Of a stretch of DNA of 64,000 nt, positions 43,516 to 52,136 are shown in pieces. Position 1 is the first letter of the stretch, and every line of letters begins with the position of its first letter. The position numbers and the translations under genes were made by a program. The notes under the pieces are model-generated. The model did not search any database, had not been told where the DNA came from, and worked only from the letters and a program-made list of their open reading frames with translations. This DNA is from a virus: positions 1 through 64,000 of the IMG/VR virus record IMGVR_UViG_3300010430_002753, one strand, 5' to 3'.

Positions 43516-43605
43516 TGGTGGGAAGTTGTGGAATCTAACCACAATACCTAAATAGGAGCGGGTGCACATTATCGCTTGAGATAACAATATACTCAATACC
43601 TTCCC
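43516..43605 (-). ncRNA. tRNA-like RNA with no canonical anticodon arm
   Basis: GGGAAG/CTTCCC-ACCA acceptor; D, variable and T hairpins; anticodon arm is only GCG/CGC around 12 nt. Confidence 0.7.
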
Positions 43606-43610
43606 AAAAA

Positions 43611-43689
43611 TGGCCAGGCGTATGGGATTTGAACCCATGATCTCTACCGTGACAGGGTAGCGTCATAAACCAAACTAGACTAACGCCCG
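43611..43689 (-). tRNA. tRNA-Asp(GTC)
   Basis: CTACC-CTGTCAC-GGTAG; GCCA. Confidence 0.9.
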
Positions 43690-43721
43690 ATTAAAATCAT
43701 TTAATAAAAAATTAATAAAAA

Positions 43722-43800
43722 TGGTTGGGTAGCTCAGATTTGAACTGAGGATTTGTTGGTCCCAAACCAACCGTCATAGACCTAACTAGACCACTACCCA
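43722..43800 (-). tRNA. tRNA-Pro(TGG)
   Basis: GTTGG-TTTGGGA-CCAAC; ACCA. Confidence 0.9.
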
Positions 43801-43819
43801 ATAAAAATTTAATATAAAG

Positions 43820-43892
43820 CAGACCATAAAGGACTTGAACCCTTATCTCAGGATTTGGAATCCCACATTCTAGCCAATTGAACTAATGATCT
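43820..43892 (-). tRNA. tRNA-Trp(CCA)
   Basis: GGGA-TTCCAAA-TCCT; no encoded CCA end. Confidence 0.8.
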
Positions 43893-43899
43893 ATAAAAA

Positions 43900-43984
43900 T
43901 GGTGATCCCAGTTGGACTCGAACCAACGCTGTCAAAGACTCCTGCTTAAAAGGCAGGTGCGTTACCAACTACGCGTATAGGATC
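43900..43984 (-). tRNA. tRNA-Lys(TTT) with an atypical long variable arm
   Basis: CCTGC-CTTTTAA-GCAGG followed by 13-nt AGTCTTTGACAGC; ACCA. Confidence 0.85.
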
Positions 43985-43986
43985 AT

Positions 43987-44030
43987 TTATTTAAATTAAT
44001 TTATAAATTAAAATAAATTAATTTAAATAA
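43987..44030. repeat. 44-nt AT-rich palindromic hairpin, copy 1
   Basis: TTATTTAAATTAATTTA-N10-TAAATTAATTTAAATAA. Confidence 0.7.
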
Positions 44031-44505
44031 AGATCTCAGGTTTAAGGATTTTCGACCCAGAGATCTGAGTATCTCCATGCTATTAGATTGATCAATCTGA
44101 TAAGTTCTTATAGTGTGTTTTACAGCAGAACTTATTAATGTTCTTAAATTTGCAATGCTATTTCATTAATAGAGTTTGTTACGTTTCTATTAATAGGCAT
44201 ATATTTTCTATTGCTAATTCCTGAAACTGTTCACACAATAACCTGACCAATAGAATCAATGTTTGCGTCAATCCAACTCAAAGTAACAATACTGAGTTAG
44301 TTATCTCATTGCCTCGCCTTTCCGAGTTAAAAATTGTAACTGGCACGAAAGAATGCTTTAATCTATATTAAGCTATCAATTAAATTATTTGAATAAACAA
44401 ACTTTTCAATTTTGTGGGATTAGATAATCACCCATATCTTTCTTCGTGAGAGTTATTTCTTTCGAGTCAGCCAACTAGAACTAGTCTAGGATGAGCTTCG
44501 ATACT
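44031..44505 (-). ncRNA. unidentified ~475-nt multi-helix structured RNA
   Basis: No ORF in the track, visibly higher GC, more than 10 visible helices, AGTATC/GATACT closing stem; between tRNA-Glu and tRNA-Lys. Confidence 0.7.
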
Positions 44506-44518
44506 TTTTAAATAAAAA

Positions 44519-44597
44519 TGGAATCGCAGATGGGAATCGAACCCACAAACTTTACCGTGAAAGGGTAATGACTCTAACCTAATTCGTCTACTGCGAC
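44519..44597 (-). tRNA. tRNA-Glu(TTC)
   Basis: TTACC-CTTTCAC-GGTAA; CCA. Confidence 0.9.
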
Positions 44598-44600
44598 ATA

Positions 44601-44681
44601 AAAATATTTCAATATTAATATCTAATAAAACATTTATAGTTGTATTAGCATTTATAATTATCTTCCATATTGAAATATTTT
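44601..44681 (-). ncRNA. 81-nt rod-like hairpin between tRNAs
   Basis: 15-bp inverted repeat AAAATATTTCAATAT plus inner CTAATA/TATTAG stem. Confidence 0.45.
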
Positions 44682-44685
44682 AAAA

Positions 44686-44760
44686 TGGTAGCGGAGATGG
44701 AATTCGAATCCATATATCACGGGATATGAACCCGTTGAGTTGCCAGTACTCTACTCCGCT
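44686..44760 (-). tRNA. initiator tRNA-fMet(CAT)
   Basis: ACGGG-TTCATAT-CCCGT (three G-C pairs); A1-U72; ACCA. Confidence 0.85.
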
Positions 44761-44766
44761 ATAAAA

Positions 44767-44842
44767 TGGCTAACCAGGTGGGACTTGGACCCACATACTT
44801 TCGATTAACAGTCGAACGCTAAACCAATTTAGCTACTGGTCA
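44767..44842 (-). tRNA. tRNA-Asn(GTT)
   Basis: TTCGA-CTGTTAA-TCGAA; GCCA. Confidence 0.9.
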
Positions 44843-44848
44843 ATAAAA

Positions 44849-44934
44849 TGGTATTCCCAATAGGACTTGAACCTATACACCATAAAGATACAAGATCTTA
44901 AATCTTGTGTGCCTACCAATTACACCATGGGAAC
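44849..44934 (-). tRNA. tRNA-Leu(TAA)
   Basis: CAAGA-TTTAAGA-TCTTG; long variable arm; ACCA. Confidence 0.9.
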
Positions 44935-44944
44935 ATAAAAATAT

Positions 44945-44988
44945 TTATTTAAATTAATCTACAAATTAAAATAAATTAATTTGAATAA
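44945..44988. repeat. 44-nt AT-rich palindromic hairpin, copy 2
   Basis: Three differences from 43987-44030. Confidence 0.7.
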
Positions 44989-44990
44989 AA

Positions 44991-45067
44991 TGGAGCCAAA
45001 TCTCGGACTCAAACCGAGGACCCGATGCTTACAAGGCAACTGCTCTAATCAACTGAGCTAATTTGGC
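44991..45067 (-). tRNA. tRNA-Thr(TGT)
   Basis: TGC-CTTGTAA-GCA; GCCAAAT acceptor; TCCA. Confidence 0.88.
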
Positions 45068-45078
45068 ATTAAATATAT

Positions 45079-45165
45079 TATTTGCGGTAGGTAGGATTCG
45101 AACCTACGATACTTTCATTTGTATGAATGTGTTTTCCTTTTACACTATCTATAGTTCCGCAAATA
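45079..45165 (-). ncRNA. aberrant tRNA-like RNA (possibly Val-TAC derived)
   Basis: Perfect T arm GTAGG-TTCGAAT-CCTAC and D arm; shrunken anticodon loop; insertion in the acceptor 5' strand. Confidence 0.65.
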
Positions 45166-45171
45166 AAAAAG

Positions 45172-45242
45172 TTAGTCTGTGTAGAATCGAACTACAACTA
45201 TTAGGACCAAAACCTAATGCACTACCATTATGCAACAGACCA
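45172..45242 (-). tRNA. tRNA-Gln(TTG)
   Basis: TTAGG-TTTTGGT-CCTAA; U1-A72; no CCA. Confidence 0.85.
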
Positions 45243-45395
45243 TCAAAAAATATAAAGCAATAGGAATTATTCACATGTTTCTATGACTTTGAACTGCGTC
45301 AAATGATTTTTTCAATAATTCTAAACCAATATTTTTACTATTACTATAATTTATTTTAAATTATTCACAAATATTACACATCTATGCTTTTGTTT

Positions 45396-45465
45396 AAGAT
45401 CTAATTTTTAATTTCTTAGTCATTATAATTTGATTAAAGATTCTGTTAACTAAAAAATTATTTTT
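45396..45465 (-). promoter_or_regulatory. tRNA-array promoter (copy of a ~70-bp direct repeat)
   Basis: TTAACA-16-TATAAT; near-identical to 45748-45817. Confidence 0.7.
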
Positions 45466-45475
45466 TTTTTACAAT

Positions 45476-45503
45476 AAAAAAAGGAGGTTTTTTCAACCTC
45501 CTT
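45476..45503 (-). terminator. intrinsic terminator
   Basis: AAGGAGGTT/AACCTCCTT stem plus T tract. Confidence 0.8.
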
Positions 45504-45747
45504 ATATATAATTTTGTTTATTAATTTTTATATTTTTAGAGGTATTTAAATATATCATGATCAAATTTGGCAGGTGTATTTACACAATTAGATTCACTAG
45601 TATATAATGATTGATAACTTGTTCTACCAACTAATTCTTTGAGTGTAAGTCCTATTAAATTTTGCCAAACGTTCATGATTTTTATTTCCTTTATTTTTTT
45701 CATTCTAATATAAATATATGAAAAAAATATTTTTATACATTTTTTTA

Positions 45748-45817
45748 AAGATCTAATTTTTAATTTCTTAATCATTATAATTTGATTAAAGATTCTGTCA
45801 ACTAAAAAATTATTTTT
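45748..45817 (-). promoter_or_regulatory. promoter (copy of a ~70-bp direct repeat)
   Basis: TTGACA-16-TATAAT. Confidence 0.8.
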
Positions 45818-46172
45818 TATTTAATAATTTTAAATTTCTATTAATATTTCTAAATTTAATAACTTCTGGGCGTTTATAGAACTCTTCTTTTGAATAACTT
45901 TTACCATTGATATAATAATATGCATGTTCTATTTCTCCAGATCTATTATACCAAATCATTGCTGGTCCATTTAATCGGTGTCGTTTTCTATTTATACAAT
46001 ATTGCATAGCTTCTATTTTGCCAGATTTATAATATTTAATCTCTGCGGGACCATATAAATTGTGAATATAATCATTTTTGTTATAATACATATCATGCAT
46101 AATTTTAGTATCTTTATCATCATAATATACAATTCTTCTGTAATTACCATTTTCTAATTCAATTCTTTTCAT
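45810..46172 (-). CDS. HRxxGPA-repeat protein with C-terminal tag
   Basis: HNLYGPA, HRLNGPA; ends NINRNLKLLNKK. Confidence 0.85.
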   Translation of the reverse strand: MKRIELENGNYRRIVYYDDKDTKIMHDMYYNKNDYIHNLYGPAEIKYYKSGKIEAMQYCINRKRHRLNGPAMIWYNRSGEIEHAYYYINGKSYSKEEFYKRPEVIKFRNINRNLKLLNKK

Positions 46173-46199
46173 AAATTAAACCTTATTGAAGTTAATATT

Positions 46200-46709
46200 T
46201 TATTTTTTATTGATAAGTTTAATTCTATTTTCCATATAATCACAAAATTCAGCAAATCTACTATTAGGTGTAATATAACCATTAAAATCGTGTTGTAATA
46301 CTCCTAATTCAATAAATGCTACTATAAAATGATTAATATTTTTTGTTGAATCTCCATAAATATGATAACTTAATTCTTCGATTTTTGCGCCACCATTGTC
46401 AGAAATATATTCAATTATTCTTTTATAAAATGTTTCTTTTCTTCCACTATTAAATATTGGAGTATTAAACATAAATTTATTTTCATATTTAAATGGTGTT
46501 TGACTATTTATATTAATTTTTTTATTAAAAAATGATGTTAATTCATCTTTATCATAACCAATTTGTTTAAATTTATTTTCAATACAATTAAAGTTATTTG
46601 TTAAAGCATTAATTGCATTTTTTGCAGTTAATCCTAAATTTTTTTGTAAAAAAATTCTAGCTTTTGCAGGTTCAATCCAATTTCCAAAATCAATTTTTTT
46701 ATTTCTCAT
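46200..46709 (-). CDS. hypothetical protein with a possible C-terminal winged helix
   Basis: Start reset after GGAG; RIIEYISDNGGAKIEELS...FIELGVL. Confidence 0.55.
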   Translation of the reverse strand: MRNKKIDFGNWIEPAKARIFLQKNLGLTAKNAINALTNNFNCIENKFKQIGYDKDELTSFFNKKININSQTPFKYENKFMFNTPIFNSGRKETFYKRIIEYISDNGGAKIEELSYHIYGDSTKNINHFIVAFIELGVLQHDFNGYITPNSRFAEFCDYMENRIKLINKK

Positions 46710-46740
46710 AATCAACTCCAATATATTTTTTATTATTAAA

Positions 46741-46780
46741 TACAATATAACAAATACTAATAAATATGTCAACTAAAAAA
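46741..46780 (-). promoter_or_regulatory. sigma70-like early promoter
   Basis: TTTTTTAG-TTGACA-17-TATATT-GTA. Confidence 0.85.
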
Positions 46781-46784
46781 TTAT

Positions 46785-47015
46785 TTATTTTTTAAATTTA
46801 ATAAAAAACATTATAAAAGCAATTATGAACACAATAGCAGTTATTAATAATGTTGATATTATTGGAATAAACGTAATAAATATATCTATATTATTCACAA
46901 CATTTAATAGTTTTAAAAAATATATAAGTATAGAACAGCATACTCCGAACATATTAAATTGAAATATTGTTTTTAACGTTACTTGACCCCATAAACTTTT
47001 TAAAAATTCTATCAT
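46785..47015 (-). CDS. small 2-TM membrane protein
   Basis: Two hydrophobic segments; GAGG RBS. Confidence 0.6.
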   Translation of the reverse strand: MIEFLKSLWGQVTLKTIFQFNMFGVCCSILIYFLKLLNVVNNIDIFITFIPIISTLLITAIVFIIAFIMFFIKFKK

Positions 47016-47042
47016 TATAACCTCTTTATAATTAATTAAAAA

Positions 47043-47068
47043 TACCCTATTACTATTGTAATAGGGTA
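47043..47068 (-). terminator. hairpin/terminator after groEL
   Basis: TACCCTATTAC/GTAATAGGGTA. Confidence 0.7.
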
Positions 47069-47081
47069 AAATTATATTTAT

Positions 47082-48710
<1,629 letters not shown>

Positions 48711-48733
48711 TTATACCTCTTTATTTATTTATT

Positions 48734-49597
48734 TTAAAATTCTAATTTCCATGTTTTTACGCCATGTAATTCTCTATCTTCCTTATAAAATGAATCTGTT
48801 GTATATATTTTATTGTAAAAAAATAATAACTTATAAGATCCCTTTGAAAAAATACCATGCGATACATATGTATATTTATTTTTAAAATTTAAAGTATCTA
48901 GTAATAAACCAGTATCTTCTAATGAACTCCCAGTTTCACATATATCATCAAAAACTATTGCTACACCATCACTATAATCTTTTACATCTGGTAATATATC
49001 AAAATCTAAATTTATAACTTCTTTAGTTTTAGAATCTCTAATTTTTTTCATACCGATAAATTTTATTTCTTTATCAGGATATCTTGATTCTGCAAATTGG
49101 CATAGTGAAGCTAATCTTGGAATAGCACCTTTATCAGGTGCTACAAAATATAATGTTTTAACTTCTTTATTTAAATTAATAATATCATTTATTGTCTTAT
49201 CAATATAAGTATAAGCATTTATTAAATTACAGTTTTCTAATGATTCATAAACTACTTGTGAATGTGGATCTAAAATACTAACAGATTCGTACATTTGAAA
49301 ATTTATTAATTCTGTCATAGCCTTTACTGAAAATGCTTCTCCTTCTACAAATATTTTATCTTGTCTTGCATATGGAAAATAAGGAATAGTTAAATGTATA
49401 TTTGGATAATTGTATTCTAAATTTCTTATAGCATTAGTAACTAATAATAATTTAAGTATATCATTAGAATTTCTTATATTTGCTATAATATTAATATCAA
49501 TATCATCTACATCAACTAATTCTGTTATACCACCAATATGGACTTCTCCACCATTAAATAGTTTTGATTTAACATCATCTAATTTAATATTTTTCAT
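48734..49597 (-). CDS. ribose-phosphate pyrophosphokinase-like protein
   Basis: [47 protein letters not shown]. Confidence 0.85.
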   Translation of the reverse strand: MKNIKLDDVKSKLFNGGEVHIGGITELVDVDDIDINIIANIRNSNDILKLLLVTNAIRNLEYNYPNIHLTIPYFPYARQDKIFVEGEAFSVKAMTELINFQMYESVSILDPHSQVVYESLENCNLINAYTYIDKTINDIINLNKEVKTLYFVAPDKGAIPRLASLCQFAESRYPDKEIKFIGMKKIRDSKTKEVINLDFDILPDVKDYSDGVAIVFDDICETGSSLEDTGLLLDTLNFKNKYTYVSHGIFSKGSYKLLFFYNKIYTTDSFYKEDRELHGVKTWKLEF

Positions 49598-49599
49598 TG

Positions 49600-49869
49600 T
49601 TATTCCTTATTTAATAATTTTAAGTTTATATTTACGTTTATAATTTTATTTGATTCTATTATCCAATCTTCTTTTGAATATTCTATGCCGTTTAAAAAAT
49701 ATGTTTCATTTGTTTGTGTTTCAAATATGTTATAAAAAATTCTAGCTGGTCCATCTAATCTATGTATTTCATCTTCTAAATTATAATAAATTTCACTGTA
49801 TTTTGTTGTTTTTTCTATATCCCAATAATTTAATCTTTTATAATTTCCATTTTCTAATTCTATTTTCAT
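49600..49869 (-). CDS. HRxxGPA-repeat protein with C-terminal tag
   Basis: HRLDGPA; ends NVNINLKLLNKE. Confidence 0.85.
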   Translation of the reverse strand: MKIELENGNYKRLNYWDIEKTTKYSEIYYNLEDEIHRLDGPARIFYNIFETQTNETYFLNGIEYSKEDWIIESNKIINVNINLKLLNKE

Positions 49870-49871
49870 AA

Positions 49872-50357
49872 TTAAACCTTATTTAATAATCTTAAATTTC
49901 TTTGAATATTAACAGTTTTGATATCATTTTTATCTATTATTTTATCTTTATATTTATAAAATTCATAAGCTATATTTTTTTCATTATATACATTTTCATA
50001 ATCTTCGTAATCAATTATTTCTATACATACAGTATCTATAGAATTAATTATTTCATTATTTTCATTTAATTTTATTATAATATTATTGTAAGAATAAAAA
50101 TCATCTTCAGGTATATTTTCCTTAACCATAGAATTTTCAATACATATTGTATATTCATCAAATTCAATATGTATATTATTATTTTTATATTTTATAGTTC
50201 CAGTAAAATAATCACTATAATCCTCACAACTTAAAGAAAATCTATCTAAATAAGGAAGTTGTAATAATAATTGTAAACCTTTTTCTCCAATAAAATACTC
50301 TAAAATTTTATTTAAATCATTTATAAATTTTTCTTTAAATAATAATTCTTTCAACAT
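49872..50357 (-). CDS. acidic hypothetical protein (no GPA repeat) carrying the tag
   Basis: Ends TVNIQRNLRLLNKV. Confidence 0.75.
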   Translation of the reverse strand: MLKELLFKEKFINDLNKILEYFIGEKGLQLLLQLPYLDRFSLSCEDYSDYFTGTIKYKNNNIHIEFDEYTICIENSMVKENIPEDDFYSYNNIIIKLNENNEIINSIDTVCIEIIDYEDYENVYNEKNIAYEFYKYKDKIIDKNDIKTVNIQRNLRLLNKV

Positions 50358-50360
50358 TAA

Positions 50361-50672
50361 TTAATCCTTTTGCAATAACCTTAAATTTCTTTGTATATTA
50401 AATTCTTTTTCTGAACATCTTGTATTATCAATATAAAAAGATTCACAAAATACTTTTTCATTTTCATCATACCAAATACAAGATGGACCGTTTAATCTAT
50501 GAACAAATCCATGTTTATTCCATTCTTTATAAGCTATATTATTATTACTGTCGTAACATATTTTACTTGGTTTATCATTATAAGAATGAAGAAAACCTTC
50601 TTCGTCTAATAATTCTAATCTAATCAATTTAAATAATTTATTATATATTTTTTTATATTTAATGTTTAACAT
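50361..50672 (-). CDS. HRxxGPA-repeat protein with C-terminal tag
   Basis: HSYNDKPS, HRLNGPS; ends NIQRNLRLLQKD. Confidence 0.8.
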   Translation of the reverse strand: MLNIKYKKIYNKLFKLIRLELLDEEGFLHSYNDKPSKICYDSNNNIAYKEWNKHGFVHRLNGPSCIWYDENEKVFCESFYIDNTRCSEKEFNIQRNLRLLQKD

Positions 50673-51405
50673 ACCCGTGTTTTCTCATTTCACTAAGAAT
50701 TTCAGATTTTTTATTTAATACTTTATCAAATAATGTTTGTAATTTATTAGCTGGTTTACCATTGTTATGTTTACTTATAATTTGTAAACGTAATTCGTGA
50801 GCTCTTTTCATTAAAGAATTATATAATTCTCTATATTCAGACTTTGATAATTCATCATTAATATCTTCTTCAGAAATGCTTTTTTGTTTTTTAATTTTTT
50901 TAAGTTCTTCTTTAAACGTATATTTTTTATCAGAGCTTTTATCAGGTAAAGATCTATAATATTTATCCATACCTTTTTTATCTTTTTCATAACATTTAAA
51001 TGCTTTACTTCTTGTGGTATGTTTCTTTTTACATACAAGACAGCCTGTATTAAAATGTTTTTCACTAGATAATGTAAATTTTTTATTACTACTATAATCT
51101 GGCAATGATCTAAAATACCATTCTGTTTTATCTTCTGTTTCACCGCCAAATAATTGAGATTCTTCCCAACACTTATATGCCTTTGCTCTACTTACGTGTT
51201 TTTTACCGCAAATAGGACAATGTTGTATTACACCATAGTCTTTTTTCTTTTCTTCTACAACATCTTTAAATTCTGGATATTCTCTACTACCTCTTAATGT
51301 ATTATAATAATCTACCATTTCTGGCTTTAATAGATAAAAATCCATTAAACATTTATGAGCCTGTCTTCTTGTTGTATGAGATTTACTACATACTGGACAA
51401 TTCAT
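50659..51405 (-). CDS. protein with three CxxC-x3-H-x8-C Zn-finger repeats
   Basis: CPVCSKSHTTRRQAHKC, CPICGKKHVSRAKAYKC, CLVCKKKHTTRSKAFKC. Confidence 0.75.
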   Translation of the reverse strand: MNCPVCSKSHTTRRQAHKCLMDFYLLKPEMVDYYNTLRGSREYPEFKDVVEEKKKDYGVIQHCPICGKKHVSRAKAYKCWEESQLFGGETEDKTEWYFRSLPDYSSNKKFTLSSEKHFNTGCLVCKKKHTTRSKAFKCYEKDKKGMDKYYRSLPDKSSDKKYTFKEELKKIKKQKSISEEDINDELSKSEYRELYNSLMKRAHELRLQIISKHNNGKPANKLQTLFDKVLNKKSEILSEMRKHGYVKH

Positions 51406-51437
51406 TAATTCTCCTTTTTTAAATCTTAATTTTATAT

Positions 51438-51468
51438 ATTATACATTTATATAAAATAATGTCAACTA
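51438..51468 (-). promoter_or_regulatory. promoter overlapping a TAG stop
   Basis: TAG-TTGACA-16-TATAAT. Confidence 0.7.
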
Positions 51469-51672
51469 CTTTTTATTTAATAGTCTAAAATTTCTATTAA
51501 TATTTCTTATGTTATTTAACTCTTTTTTAAAATCAAATAGTGGATTATACAATTCATAAAATGAAATAAATAATAAATCAATTGATTCATTTTCAATTTC
51601 ACAAAGTTGATCATCTGAATATTTTGATAGTCTATTTAGAACTGCTTTTAAGATTTTATTTTTATTTCTCAT
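51466..51672 (-). CDS. small hypothetical protein (no GPA repeat) carrying the tag
   Basis: Ends NINRNFRLLNKK. Confidence 0.7.
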   Translation of the reverse strand: MRNKNKILKAVLNRLSKYSDDQLCEIENESIDLLFISFYELYNPLFDFKKELNNIRNINRNFRLLNKK

Positions 51673-51690
51673 ATTAATTCCTATATAAAT

Positions 51691-51715
51691 AAAAAAGGAG
51701 ATGTTAATCTCCTTT
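51691..51715 (-). terminator. intrinsic terminator
   Basis: AAAGGAGAT/ATCTCCTTT plus T tract. Confidence 0.75.
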
Positions 51716-51733
51716 AATATTTATTTTTATAAA

Positions 51734-52117
51734 TTATACTTTAAGTTCATCTAACAGTTTTTGTAATTCTTCTTTAGTTTTACCTTTAATTTCTTCATCT
51801 TCTTTTTCTGCTATTAAACTTTTAATTCTATTAGCCTTTGCTTTATTTTCAATTGCAATTTTTCTATTATCTTTTTCTTCTGATTTTGCTTTGATAATAT
51901 ATAAAACAATATCAAATTTTAAATTCAATTCAGTTGATTCATTTGTTCTTGTAGTAATAAAGCTTTCTTCTGCTACATCTTTTTTAGCTTTATTTAATTC
52001 AATAGCAATTTCATCTAATTGTTTTAATGTCAAACTCCATAAATCTTCAACTTGTAACATACCTTTTTTTGATTCAAAACGTAATCTCATTCTTAATGCT
52101 TGTTCAAATATATTCAT
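51734..52117 (-). CDS. conserved phage coiled-coil protein
   Basis: IFEQALRMRLRFESKKG..VEDLW.L pattern recalled from large phages. Confidence 0.65.
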   Translation of the reverse strand: MNIFEQALRMRLRFESKKGMLQVEDLWSLTLKQLDEIAIELNKAKKDVAEESFITTRTNESTELNLKFDIVLYIIKAKSEEKDNRKIAIENKAKANRIKSLIAEKEDEEIKGKTKEELQKLLDELKV

Positions 52118-52136
52118 AATATTTCTCCTTATTTTT

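Noticed and set aside
44031-44505. tmRNA or RNase P identity for the large RNA (a GCA AAC... frame reads ANIDSIGQVIV)
   Set aside because: No tRNA-like acceptor/T arm with CCA, the peptide lacks the Ala-rich end, and no GAGGAAAGUCC P4 signature
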